From assembly GCA_030264375.1 (NCBI GenBank), contig JASCQW010000099.1:54218022-54282021 (forward strand): a stretch of 64,000 nt of DNA. The letters are read 5' to 3'. The notes under the pieces were generated by a model that worked only from the letters and a program-made list of their open reading frames with translations, had not been told where the DNA came from and made no database searches. Origin of the DNA: Carcharhinus longimanus. Taxonomy: Eukaryota. Position numbers and translations under genes: made by a program. Positions 49,915-62,359 of this stretch are shown piece by piece (positions within the stretch are counted from its first letter, which is position 1; the number at the start of each line of letters is the position of its first letter).

Positions 49915-50275
49915 ATTTTTATTTATTCATGGGGCATGGGTATCGCTGGCTGGCCAACATTCATTGCCCATCCTTGATTGCCCTTGAGGGCAGTTGAGAC
50001 TCAATCACATTGCTATGAGTCTGGAGGCATATGTAGGCCAGACCAAGTAAGGACGGCAGATTTCCTTTCTTAAAGGACGTTAGTGAACCAGATGGGTTTT
50101 TCCGGTAATCGACAATGGTTTCATGGTCATTGGTAGATACTTAATTAAAGAGTTTTTTAATTGAATTCAAATTCCACCATCTGCTGTGGTGAGATTCGAA
50201 CTCAGGTTCCCAGAACATTAGCTGAGTTTCAGGATTAATAGTCTAACGATAATACCACTATGCCATTGGCTTCCC
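49915..50275 (-). mobile_element. tRNA-SINE family C
   Basis: atgtaggccagaccaagtaaggacggcagatttcc...ttagtgaaccagatggg...gagattcgaactc. Confidence 0.9.
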
Positions 50276-50635
50276 TACAGAATGGGTGATTGTTTTCATA
50301 AGTCCTTGTATTTGCCCACTGAATGTTCTCTAGCCACCTGTCTCACTTTCAATTTTGGGCTAAAACATCTATTTGGGGCAGGAGTGGATGTTGCAGAGTG
50401 CAGGTGGTGGGAAGATGGCTGCAAGTAGTCTCCTGATCCCCGACTGTAACATTACTGTAAAATCAATAGAAACCCCAGAGAAATGGAGTGAATGACTGTT
50501 TTTGATGGAGACCAAGGATTTTCTGGTGATGTTCTGGGAAATCTGGAGACAGTCCTGTTGAAATTTTATCCCCATCTCTTTTACCTGATATAAATATGAC
50601 AAATGGGTAATCCTGCATTAGATGCAAGTCTTTTT

Positions 50636-50931
50636 AAAATTTATTTATCAGTGTCACAAGTAGGCTTAAATTAACACTGCAATGAAGTTACTGTGAAAAT
50701 CCCCTAATCGCCACAGTCCAGCACCTGTTCGGGTACACTGAGGGGGAATTTAGCATGGCCAGTGTACCTAATCAGCATGTCTTTCGGACTGTGGGAGGAA
50801 ACCGGAACACCCAGAGGAAACTCACGCAGACTTGGGGAGAACATGCAGCCTCTGCGCAGAAAGTGACACAAGCTGGGAATTGAACACAGGTCCCTGGTGT
50901 TGTGAAGCAGCCGTGCTAACCATTGTGCCAC
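50636..50931 (-). mobile_element. V-domain tRNA-SINE, tail type B
   Basis: tttatcagtgtcacaagtaggc...ggactgtgggaggaaaccgg...gggaattgaac...ctaaccattgtgccac. Confidence 0.93.
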
Positions 50932-51658
50932 AATATCAGCCTGGCTGATCTACTTCCATGGAATTCTCATGCTGAGACAGGCGATATATTGGTTCAGGTG
51001 CATTAAACCAAGCAATGCATTGTGTACTAACATGGAAAGGCATTCCCTACCTGTTTATTTCCAACTTGTTGCTGTTTTATTTGAACGTGCTAATATCTGC
51101 TATGGAAGAGGTGGAACAAGAAATCGTTATTATAAGAAGTAATTGTAGTAAACACAAGGCTGCAGCAAGTGCATACAGCGCTCATGACTTTCCATAGTGC
51201 TAGTTGGGTCGCCAGGCAGGAGTTAAGGCTCAACGCAGTATTCCAGCCAAGCAAGATGTAAGGGAAGGGGACTTGTGAGGGAGGAAAGGGTACAAGGACG
51301 GAGGTGGGATCAGAGGAGAAGGGGAAAAATAGTCGGGGGGGAGCGGCGGGTGCATGAGAAGTAGAAAAAGAGGATGAGGGAAGAAGATGGATGAAGCTAA
51401 GGATGGGAATAGGAAGAGAAAGATTTGTCAGGGAGAATGAGAGAAGGCAGAGTGCAGAAGAGGCAAAGCAGAAAACTCTGTTGCAGTAAATGTGGGTGCT
51501 CCCTGCATTTAATATTTTTTTCAATGCCATGGGAGTAAATTTTTCATTGTGACCAACTATTTGAGCAACTGGCAAAACAGGAAAGGATGTTCGCAGTGCA
51601 CCATGATCCCAAATTTCTGCTACGTTGGAGAATATTCATGCTCCTGAACCCATCCACT

Positions 51659-51862
51659 TGTATATTGGAGATTGCCACTAGGAGCACGGAGGGTTCAAAA
51701 CATTGGAGCTTTATTTACAGGTGTGTATTCTCCGACATTGCAGTTTCCTCTGAGCCTGTTTCCCGTGCTAGGGACTTGTGATATCACTTCCAGTGAATAC
51801 ATGAATATTTTGACACAACAGATCTTCAATGAGTTAATCAGAATTAATACAAATACATAACA
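51659..51862 (-). repeat. Gypsy 3' LTR (about 204 bp)
   Basis: TGT...ACA ends, minus-strand aataaa near 51710, polypurine tract aagggagatgaaa immediately upstream (51863-51875). Confidence 0.6.
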
Positions 51863-53850
51863 TTTCATCTCCCTTAAATTGAATGTCCCCAACAAGTTCA
51901 ATAATCAATAAGTCAGCCACTGTTAACAAGTCAGATGGTCTGGAGGTTATTGCTTTCTGAGTGGTTGAGGGCAAACATCTGGCGTTTTCTTTACACTGGT
52001 GTTAACCTCTGACTTTTTCGTCTTTGCACAAACATTATCAGTGGTGAGTTTAACCAGTGTTAATGTAGGCATTAGAGGTTGTCTCAGTACCTGATCCAGG
52101 GTGAGGTGGTACTTTCCTTAACAGTGTCTTTTGGTGTCGTGGTTGCAGGAAAGTTCACATCAGAACTTCTATGATGGAATCTAGATTCTCAGCAGGTTCC
52201 AATTCTGGCTGATCTATTCACCCAATCAACAGCCGGTCCGCATGTTTCCTCCAGGTAACATCACCTCTGGTCTGGACAGTGTAAGAGACAGGTCTGTGCA
52301 AAGGATTGTGGCAGGGACCCATTTCTCTCCTGTGGAGAAATTCCTAGCCAAAACTCCTTGTCCTTGGTAGAAAATCCTCTGCTTTGATTAGCTTTCCTAC
52401 CATTCCAGTTGTCGCTGCTGTTGCTGTTTTGCAATGTCTTTTGTTTTTGGGGCAACATGTCGATGGTAGCTGTCTCTTCATCATTAGTAATGCAGGAGCG
52501 ATCCTGGTTGTAGGAATTTGTTAAGACATTTGATCAGTGAACCTTATTGCCTGGTTATTCTCAAGGTATGTTTCATGGTTTGGATGGAAAATTCTGCTAG
52601 TCCGTTGATAGCAGGGTGATACGATGTGGACATCATATATTGAATATCATTCTCTTGTGGGAAATGTTTGAATCCTTGTGAGACAAATTACCACTTACCA
52701 GTTGTTCAGGGAATCCAAACTGACCAAATACTTCTCCTAACTTCTCGATAGTCTTCTCCAATGAAATGGATTTCATCGCAGCAATCTCTGGGCACTTTGT
52801 GTGAGCATCGACTGTTACCAGTCCTGCAAAGTCCACATGCACTCATTGCCAAGCCTCTTCAGGTCATTGCCATGAAAGCAGCAGTGCTACATGTGGCTGG
52901 TTTCTTACCTTTGCACAGGAAGAACATGTTCTGGTTATTTCTTCAATCTCCGTGTCCAGGCCATGCCACCAGAAATAACCCCTCGCTATTTCCTTCATGT
53001 GTATGATTCCTCAATGGCCCTCATGTAACTTTTAAAACACTCACTTTCTCAATGATGATGGAATGATCACCCTGAGCTCTCGTAAAAGACATCCTGACTA
53101 TGTTGACAGTTCCAATCTCCTGGAGTAGTACGGCTTCAGGTTAAATGCTAGTTTTGAGGTTTTCTGTCATAATGCCATATTCATTAGTTCTGAGAGTAAT
53201 GGTTTGCTCTGAAAATGCTTCCTCACTTGTCTGGAATTGACCTCTAGGTTTATATCGACCCAATTGTACAACATGAACATTTCTCCTTTTCTTCCATTCA
53301 TGTACTGTTTGGTTTTGTTCTTTCTTCATATTTTTACTTCGAGCTTGCTTTTTTTTCCATGCACTATGTGTCCTTTTCTCCACAGCTTTGACATACCATG
53401 TCTTTACACCTACATTCAGCTTCAAAATGCCATGGCTTTGCACATGGGTGACACGTACAAATTTGGAGGTGATTGGGTATTCAGTTAGCTGCCATTTTGT
53501 GTATTTGAGTACACAAACTCACTGCTGAGCTTCCTTTGCAACCAGTTCCATTGAAACAGCAATTTCCATGGTCTTTATCGGTGTAAGGTTATTCTCGGTT
53601 AGCAAATGTAGCAAAAACACATCTCCAAACTTGTAATATTCTGCAAGTATTTCAAGCATAGCCACGAATTGCGCAATTGATTCTCCATCTTATTGGTTTC
53701 TTTAATGGAATCTATTAGCGCTCTTCAATAACCAAAGACTTCAATGGAAAATGTACTTGCAAAATATCTACAATACATTTTAGTGCCTGGCTTCTCAGAT
53801 GTATAAACTTCTGTAGAGATTAATGTTTCCCCCCCCCCACCCCGCCACCC
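51863..53850 (-). mobile_element. Gypsy (Mag/K02A2.6-like) LTR retrotransposon, decayed: gag plus integrase only
   Basis: gag RFH.RNQ..GESIAQFVAML; double zinc knuckle CHPCAKPWHFEAECRCKDMVCQSCGEK; integrase LHEGH.GIIHMKEIARGYFWW...CSSC and HVDFAG..VDAHTK.PE...FGFPEQLVS. Confidence 0.9.
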
Positions 53851-54659
53851 CATCGTGCTAATATCTGGTTAAGGATATCTGTATATAGTTCTGTTATATC
53901 TGATTAATTAGTAACTGTTTAGAAAACCAATATCTCCGCAATTGTTCCTCAGTCCAACCAGCATGCAACATGGTGGCAGCTGTGAAGGACGCCAACACCT
54001 TAAAAAATCAATGTTAAAGGAAGTTGCAAGTCTGACCTGAAAAAGGGGTGTCCAAATGGCAGAACTGGAGAATGCCTCTGTATCTGTGCATGTAAGGCAC
54101 CGTTGAAGAATTCCAAAGCTGCTTCATTGACAAAGTAGAGGCAGAACGAGTCAGAAAATCAACTGTTCAACTGCATGACAGCATGTGGTAGTCTGTGAGG
54201 AAAGTCCTGTTCTAATGATTGGGTCAGAGCACCAAGCAAAGATCATGGAACTAGTGGGGGATCCTTAAAAATGTTTTTTTCTGGAAATTGCTTTTAGTGG
54301 CACGCTAGGCACACAGCACTAGGCAAATTGCATCCCTAGCAAGTATCGATTTCGATACATTCTGAAGTTTGGGTCTGAGGGTAGCACTGTTGCACACGGT
54401 GATTGTGAGGCAGCAAACGAACAAAAATAAAAGCCACAAATACTCAAAGATCCAGGGAAAGGGAGGGAAGAGATTATTACAATACCTTCAAGCAAAGAGT
54501 TTGAAGGCTCCACCGCCAACAGTGTCCCCAACATACATTCTGAATGATTGAAACCCTGAGCTGCATGTCCTTTTTGACATCAAGCAAAGATAAGTTTGCT
54601 GATATGCATAATGAACAATATAATAAAGAAGAATTCAGTGAACACACAAACTGAGAATT

Positions 54660-57000
54660 CCTCACCCAGGGGACCCATAAAGTGCATCTAATGGTGTGTT
54701 GGTTTATGTTCCCATCTGTTTCTACAGGGTGCTCCCCCCATGGTTGAAAATGAGGTGGAGGTGGTTGGTTCCATTGTCTCGGTTCATAACTGAGATACCT
54801 GTCGCTTCTGTCCTCAACCTGGAGGTGTCTGTATGATCTGTGCCTGCAACATTGCCGTGGCAGACTCTGTCACAGGGTCCTGAGGTGGAGGGGAAGGGAG
54901 GTGAGGATTGTCTTCCTCATCAGCATCCTCCCCTGCTTCAGCCATTGCAAGATGGATGAGACCACTGGCTGGGATTCAGTCGGCATCCATTCCATTCATC
55001 CCTGCACCATTAACAACACTGGGCAGTCAATGCCACAGAGTGTCAGCCAGTGCATTACCCTTACATCCATTCAGAATGGTGTTGCATATGGCTCTCCATG
55101 ATGATGGCCACTCTCTGAAGGTTATGGAGGTCATCTGCTTAAATCCCTGAGTCATCATGGAACACATGGATCAGTGGACTAGTCGTTTGACTGCATGGCT
55201 GAGCAATATCTCAACCTCTAATAATTGGGAACTTTTGAAAAATGTTTTCATAGGATGTGGCCAGCATTTATTTGCCCATTTCTAATTATCCTTGAACTGA
55301 GACCATTTCAGAGGGCTTTTAAAAGTCAACCACATTGCTGTGGATCTGGAATCACATGTAGGCTAGACCAAGTAAGAATGGAAGATTTCCTTCCCCCTAG
55401 GGGCATTAGTGAACCAAATGGGTTTTTGCAACAATCAACAATGGTTTCATGGTCATCACTAGACTTTTCAGTCCAGATTTTTATTGAATTCAAATTTCAC
55501 CATCTGTCACGGTGGAATTTGAAACTCAGTCCCCAGAGCATTACTCTGGGTCTCTGGATTACTAGCCCAGTGATAATACAGTATTCCATTAACCACCTCT
55601 GATGTGAAGAATCCTGCTTTGGACACCATGAAATAGGCTTTGTGTACTTTCATTATTTTAACACCAAATCAGGACTGATAACTAAGTACATATTTACAGC
55701 TGAGGATACAGGTAGTGAGCTGACTGCATTACACTATCCATCTCTACACTGCCCCTGTTTCTGGGTCATGTGCCTTCAGTAATCACCCCGTGGGCAGTAC
55801 TGTACTCAATCCCACATTAACCACTTATGCACCCCACCCCCTACTACTACACAATACTCCAGGATGATTCTCCTTCTGTGTAACACTTCATTTTTGCCAA
55901 GTAGATCGTGGCCATCCAAGTGGGTTTGCCTATAGCGGAGTCTGCCGCACCTCTCACCCTCCTGCACAAGTGTGAGATACAGTTCACCTATTGCTCCCTG
56001 TTCCAGGCTGGATTCAGACCAATCAAAGTCAGTGGGCATGATTTTACCATTTGCCATGCCTGCCAAGTAGCACCATGAGCTTGGAAACAAGCATGTGATG
56101 CTAAAAATCCGATTCACGCCTGATAAGAAATAGTTTGCCATGTTCCCAGTCTCTTCCCAATGGCCCGAACTGCTATGCACCCAGAAAGGACACAAAGCAC
56201 ATGAACATGAGATTAATTGGATTTCAGTATCATTAGCGAGATTGGCACACATGCTTCTCCCTCCCAAATGCTTTCCATCTCTCCAGGATGACCTCATGCC
56301 GGCGTGATCATTACTGGTCTCCACTAGCGGAGAGTAGGTGTGATGACCACCTCATGGGGGATCAGAAGCCTTTCAAGTCCTCTTGGTCGCGGGCATGGTT
56401 GGGCAGTGCCCTTTGGGCACATTGGCAATGCCCAACTGGCACACTGGTGGTGTCTGTTGAGCATTGTAAGTGTGTTGTGTCAGTGCCATGAGGGTGGGGC
56501 AGCCTGAGTGGGAGTGGAGCCTGAATGGGGTGGGGCCTGAGTGGAGGCTGTGATGGGAAAGCTATGATGGGAGGGGGCTAAGTGGGGGCTGTGAAGGAGT
56601 GCGGGACGCTATGAAGGGGAGGCTATGCAGGGTGCAATATGCAGGGAGTGTTGTACATGAGGGTCAGGGTGGGGGTTGTGCAGGATGGGGTTCATGAGGA
56701 GTGGACCTGCATTCAAACCCTCCTTGTGATTCCTTGCCTGTCGATCTCTGTTGTCATTTCCATCCATGTCCTCTAGGTTTGGTTTAGAGGGCCTCTCCTT
56801 CTGGACTAAGCTAAGGGAAGATCACATCTCCCTCTTCAAGGGAGGCATCAGAGAAATGTGAGTTTGCTGAGGGATGGCTGCTCAGGTCAGCGCTGTCCCT
56901 CTGCGTTTCCAGATACTCTATTCCTCCAGGCAATGGCAAGCCCAGTCATGGCTATCACTGGCCCTTTTAAAATTTCCCTCCATTACTATGTACACCCCCA
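54660..57000 (-). mobile_element. Fragmented Harbinger-like element(s): Myb/SANT relic near 56700-56870, terminal-type region 56034-56490, downstream-exon-like 54660-55210
   Basis: Minus strand SHFSDASLE...DVIFP...RRRGPLNQT*RTWMEMTTEIDRQGITRRV*MQV; ggcagtgcc motif cluster. Confidence 0.5.
55245..55590 (-). mobile_element. tRNA-SINE family C
   Basis: ccagcatttatttgccca...agtcaaccacattgctgtgg...cattagtgaacca...ctctggattactag. Confidence 0.88.
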
Positions 57001-57269
57001 GGCCACTCCCAGCACTGCTAAACCGAGCCCCCACCTCGACTTTGGGCTAATTAGGCCTTTTGTATTTGAAAATGGTGTTGTGTCAGTTGTGTGGGGTCGA
57101 CACTCGGCCCTATAGCTCCAGCACGATCAACACCTCAGGCCAGCTGCCAGTGAGGCTGAGAACTCTGCCACTCCTCTACTGCTAAATACTAATACTTATC
57201 TCCAGCTGGCACATCATGCTAACCATTCTACGATGTGTGCTCAGCTTGAAGTACACAGCAAGTGCATCA

Positions 57270-57600
57270 GCGAACAAATATATCAAAGTATCGAAATGGT
57301 AGCCATTTATAATATCACCTAATAATAGTTGCAGAATTTGATCTCCAGAGCACTGGTAAAAATCCCTGGTTAGTTTGTATTAAAAATCAGTTTATTCATT
57401 CAATGTGAATCAGTAACCCTGTTATTACATTATCCCTCACATGATAGAACAGTCAGACATTTACAAGGTCCTCTGATTCACAATGAGCAGTGCCACACGA
57501 GATCTGATAATATTGTATCAACTAAGTCACTTTCCTTCAGCTGGTTTCCTGCTCTCACAGATTTCTATTGCCGCTCTAATGCACTTTAAAAATATCCAAG
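57270..57600. promoter_or_regulatory. Putative conserved non-coding element
   Basis: Unique AT-rich block with no recognisable repeats; conservation untested. Confidence 0.3.
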
Positions 57601-57929
57601 AACCCTGCCGTTCATAGAACACCGAACACCCAGATCTTTAAAGCACAAAAGTGACAATTGAAAAATTAGTTTTCCAAAACAAATAAAATAACCCACTTTC
57701 ATTCTACATTCTAGCTTCTGTGCACATGGACAATGCACCCATGGATATTCAACAGATGAGGGACATCAGGCGCAGTGGGCAGGACATTCTGTCCACGCTC
57801 ACCCCAAAACTGGAAAATCTCACCCCCCCAGGTCAACAAACCTTTTCATGATTTGCCCCTCATCCACTACAATTCCCGTGGCGAGTGGAACAGAAGAATT
57901 CACCTCAGTGTGTGTAAAGTGCAATGTTA

Positions 57930-58207
57930 AGAATCCCTACAGTGCAGAAGGAGGCCATTCGGCCCATCAGGTCTGCCCCAACCACAATCCCACCCAAGTC
58001 CTATTCCCGTAACCCCACTCATTTACCCTGTTAATCCTCCCGACATGAGGGTCAATTTAGCATGGCCAATCAACCTAACCTGCACATGTTTAGACTGTGG
58101 GAGGAAACCGGAGAAAGTGCACACTCCACACAGACAGTCACCTGAGGCCGGAATTGAACCTGAGTCCCCGGAGCTGTGAGACATCAATGCTAACCATTGT
58201 GCCGCCC
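57930..58207 (-). mobile_element. HE1-like V-SINE, tail type A
   Basis: agaatccctacagtgcagaaggaggccattcggcccatc...gactgtgggaggaaaccgg...ctaaccattgtgccgccc. Confidence 0.93.
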
Positions 58208-58212
58208 ATTGA

Positions 58213-58610
58213 TGATAACCTTGTCTCTGAGTTAGAAGGTTATGGATTTAAACCGACTCCAGGCATCTGAGCACATTATCTCGGTTGACATTTTAGTATA
58301 GTACTGAGGAAGTGCTGCACTGTCAGGAGTGTGTCTTTCAGGTGCGACGTTAAACCATGGGCCTGTCCAAAGTTCACCCTTGTGTCCTGACCATTACTTA
58401 TTCCTCAACCGACATCACGTAAAAAGTAGGTGACCTGATCCTAATCACATTGCTGTTTGTAGAATCTTGCTGTGCGCAAACCGACTGTCATTTTCCCCTC
58501 GTTGCAACAGCCACTCCACTTTAAAAAGTGCTTCGTTGGCTGTGAAGCGGTTTGGGACATTCTGCGGTCACACAAGGTGTTAGATAAATCCAAATCTTCC
58601 TTTCTTTTCA
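58213..58610 (+). mobile_element. DeuSINE (SacSINE1/AmnSINE1-like)
   Basis: tctgagttagaaggtt...agtactgagggaagtgctgcactgtc...cattgctgtttgtagaatcttgctgtgcgcaaa...ttggctgtgaagcggtttgggacatt. Confidence 0.82.
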
Positions 58611-59278
58611 TTAGGACTGTGCATAAGTTAATGATGCCAAAATGACATTAAGTGTGTGTGCTCATGTGATGCTGCCCAATTACAATAAAAAAAAATACAA
58701 ATTTAGCATAAAGAGGACATCTCCTGTCCATGCAGATGTAACCTGCATCTTTCTGCATTGGGAGCTGAGCCTTGGTCAAAGTCAGAGTATGCCCAAATTT
58801 GTTTCCACGTTAATGTACACCCATATTTTGTCTTAACAAGCATTGAACAGTTACACATGTTGAAAGACATTCTCAATGAGACTTTAACCACACTGAGCTG
58901 GTGTGTATTATTAAAATTCACAGCCACATCTGTTGTACAGATAAACACTTTGATGTGCTACAAACGGTTCACTTGTATAGAAATAGGGAACAATCTGGAA
59001 GTCTGACTTATGCTAGCTAATTTAGTGGTGATCATTTCAAATGGGACCTTGCAAAATTGCTGATTTGTAAAGAGAATCAAAATGATGTTGCTGTACTCTG
59101 CATACATACATGTAAAATTTAAAAAAACACCCGTTATTTTTTAATAAAATTGCATATTTCTTGATACCTTAGCTCCAATTAGTTATATTTTTTCTTTCTG
59201 TATGTAAATGGGCTAAATCGGCCCTAACAAAAGCTCTTTTTTGTATCCCCGTCTCCCATTTTGTGCTTTCACCTCTAG

Positions 59279-59402
59279 TGAAGAAATTGTGCAGGTTTAT
59301 TCAGTGGGCTGGGATGCTTGGGACAGAACCTCCATCAAGATATATGAAGGTTCACATAGGAAATTTGTATGCAAAGCGAAAGCAGCTGGTTCCACCCTCC
59401 AG
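59279..59402 (+). other. Candidate internal exon (124 nt) of an unidentified transcript
   Basis: Branch-point-like ccctaac at 59222, long pyrimidine tract, ctctag| acceptor, CAG|gtaaga donor; two frames open, peptide not recognised. Confidence 0.35.
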
Positions 59403-59499
59403 GTAAGAGTGGCCAAGTTTTCACCTTCACATTTACTCGCAGCTCTTCTCCCCAAATGATCAACCTAAGGAACGGAAGAAAATAGGAGGCAGGAGCGGT

Positions 59500-60330
59500 G
59501 CAGTGGTGCATGCCTGCTCAGCTTATTAAAACTGGAAGAGGAGGCAATATTTCACCCCAAGAAATAAAAAAAAAGATGGACAAGTGAGGGAAGCTAATCC
59601 ATCTGATGAAATTAGCAGGCAGAGTATGTAGCTGTTTGAAATGATAAACGAGGTTGAAATAGCTACACAGGGTAACATCCACTGGGATAATTACTCCTAG
59701 CTCTCGGGCTAAAATCTGTCTTGAAGAACTTGCAGCTTTGATGACTCAATTTCAATGGGCACGCTTATGAAATACATAGTAAAAGCTATTAAAATTAAAA
59801 TTGTTCTTGGGTGGTATCTGCCGCTTGCTGCTGACCTTATCAGCGCTCTCTTAATAAGGTGCAAACTATTTTGGCTCCCTCACTGGCCCATGGACTTGAG
59901 TTGCCCACCCAAATAGCTTATAGGTTTGTGGATTGGGTCACAGCTTTAGGGGATTTTGGATAGAGATACTAAGACAAAAAAAAAGCAAGTGTGCAGGAAA
60001 GAAATAAAGACAGAGAGAGACACGCACGCACAAAATATAATTAACTCCATTCTCGTAGACTCAAATGGAAAACTTCAGACCCCCACTCACAGCACAAAGT
60101 AGCAGTGTTCCCTTGTCAATTATTGCTATAAGACAGCTTTGGTTCTGAGGCACAAACGTCAAGTGAAATGGAAACAACCTGCCTAGATTAATGTCACTAG
60201 ATCATTAAGGAGTACACGAATAGCCCAGGATTGCCAGAAAGCATTTTATTTCAGAACTGCAGGTTCTCCTAGTGCTTTGAAATTGATAATTACCCACCAC
60301 TAAGAATGAATGGGTAATAATTCTTTATCT
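59500..60330. promoter_or_regulatory. Putative conserved non-coding element cluster
   Basis: No recognisable repeats; TAATCC (K50 homeodomain) near 59596, overlapping CTTTGAT/TGACTCA at 59736-59748, GATA-type cttatc near 59836. Confidence 0.4.
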
Positions 60331-61639
60331 GCCTGAGTTAGAGAACCACCAGCATCTCCTAGTTTCAAAGACACAAAAATGGCTTTATAGTTTAACCTTT
60401 ATGATCCTATTTCCATTTTCTCATTATGCTTTGTACAGAAAGTTTAATTTCAGCCAGAGTATTTTAAAACTAACAGCTTTCCACCGTCATTTGCTGGTGA
60501 TAAACAGTCATTTGGTAAATGTCTGAGTAATAGTGCAATTTTGCAGCATTAACCCCAGTCCACATAGAACCTTCACTTTCTCTTTTAATTAATTTGTTAA
60601 AAAAAACACCAAGGTGTACCTTATATATAAATAAAACTATTTGCTAGCGGGCTCGTTCTCTCTTAGCTATGCTGCATCTTTAATGCCCTAGTTAGAATAA
60701 AGATGTTATGGTTCGAAGGGATGTGATATTTAATAAAAAAAAATTGAGTTATGAATGAAGGTACAGACTGTTGGAATTAACCCTTAATGTGACGATTATG
60801 GTGATAGCACATTATGGGAGTTTTTTTACATTTCAGGAGGGAAAGGCAACAGCAACAATAAAATTTTTAACTTTGATTAATGATATTTCAGAAAGCTAAA
60901 AGAAAATAGTTAAAGATGGAGGGATTGGACACAATGGGATTGCGAATGATGTACATCCTATTGTTGCAAAGACATTCCCTTGACTCAGGTTCAAGTTAGA
61001 CAGGTTGTGAAAAGGACTACCTTTACATTAAGTTGGGACTGAAAGTTTGCTGGATCTCCGCACCACTGCTGCGGCTGCTGTGACGAAGTTCACTAGGTAG
61101 ACCCAACAGAGGGACAGCGGTCTTTTGTTTCCAGCAAAGCTTTCCTGAAGGAGCCTGGGGATAACTGAAGGCATGCTTCCAAATTTAGTCCCTCTGACTA
61201 CTTTCCCTAATCATCCAAGAAAAGCAGTCTGTTTCAGCTGGCTGAGGGCCAAACAGGCAGTGCAGGTTAGGGTGGCTATAATCCTGAGTTTTACAATGTA
61301 TATACATTCTTGAGCACTTTTATATCATAACTTATCCTAGCATTTTCTGCAAGTTCAACAAATCTCCTTGCTTTTACGTTCAGTATTTCTGAATAGAAGA
61401 ATTCAATTTGCTTTTTATGGCCTTTTTCTATTTACGCTCCCATATGGCCACATCATTTCCCTTACTTTAACATGCCATCACAGTTGATACCTTACAAACT
61501 CAAAGAATTTCATAGCACAGAATGAGGCAATTTAGCCTATTGCACCTTTTGTAAGATGGTGATCCAATACCACAGCTCTTTTCCCAAACTTTTCATTTTC
61601 AAGTATGTATTTATCTATAAAGTTTATGAAATGCTTTTT

Positions 61640-62345
61640 GTGAATTGATGTAATCCACATCCACTGCATTTAATTTATCTTTGTTTTCATTTCTTCAAAG
61701 AATTCCAAAAAGGTGATGAAGCGTGACTTTGGAAATCCATGCTGACTCATTCTGATTCACTCATGTTTCACTAATTGCTGAGAAATTCTAACCATAATTA
61801 TACAGGGTGGGATTTTCTAGCTGTTCCTGCCAGTCAGTTCCACTGAAAGTGACCCACCATGGTAGGTTCCTTGGCAGCGGGAGCAACGAGCCACACAAAG
61901 CGCAATAGACATTTGTGGGATTGGAAGATTCTCTCTGGCCGCCATTGGCAAGTCACCTCAATGCCAGGAAACCCACCATGGGTGTTGGGGGAGGGGGGCA
62001 ATTGAAAAATCCCTCCCAAAATCTACTAGTTTACTAACAACAGAAGCATGACTAACTGGCCAACGTTCCTCATTTTTTTTTGACCGTCCATCTTTTGGGC
62101 ACAATTTTAATTTCCACAGAGTTTTAGAAAATTTTAGCCAAGAGTATGTCCCATTCCTTCCCAAATTTCTCTTGGGATTTTTGAATGCAGATGATGAGAC
62201 CCCACTGATTTGTCTACTTTAAGTTTGAATAACTTCTTTAGTATCATTTGCCTGAGTAATAACTTCCATCTACTCTTCTACACCTCTGTCAAAACTGAGA
62301 CAATGTAGTTATTCAATATCTCTACCATGCCTTTACTCTCCACTA
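61640..62345 (-). mobile_element. CR1 ORF2 fragment interrupted by a MITE
   Basis: Minus strand IRMSQHGFP...LEFFEE near 61690-61760; further CR1-like sequence at 62060-62345. Confidence 0.6.
61805..62017. mobile_element. MITE (about 213 bp) with ~13-bp terminal inverted repeats
   Basis: gggtgggattttc ... gaaaaatccctccc; GC-rich interior. Confidence 0.6.
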
Positions 62346-62359
62346 CAAGAATGTTGTGT

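Noticed and set aside
51090-51575. 161-aa minus-strand ORF
   Set aside because: Low-complexity purine-rich tract giving a spurious Pro/Ser/Leu/Phe frame.
55600-55851. Possible solo LTR (TG...CA) as partner of the Gypsy element
   Set aside because: No TSD, no PPT or PBS, and no similarity to the LTR at 51659-51862.
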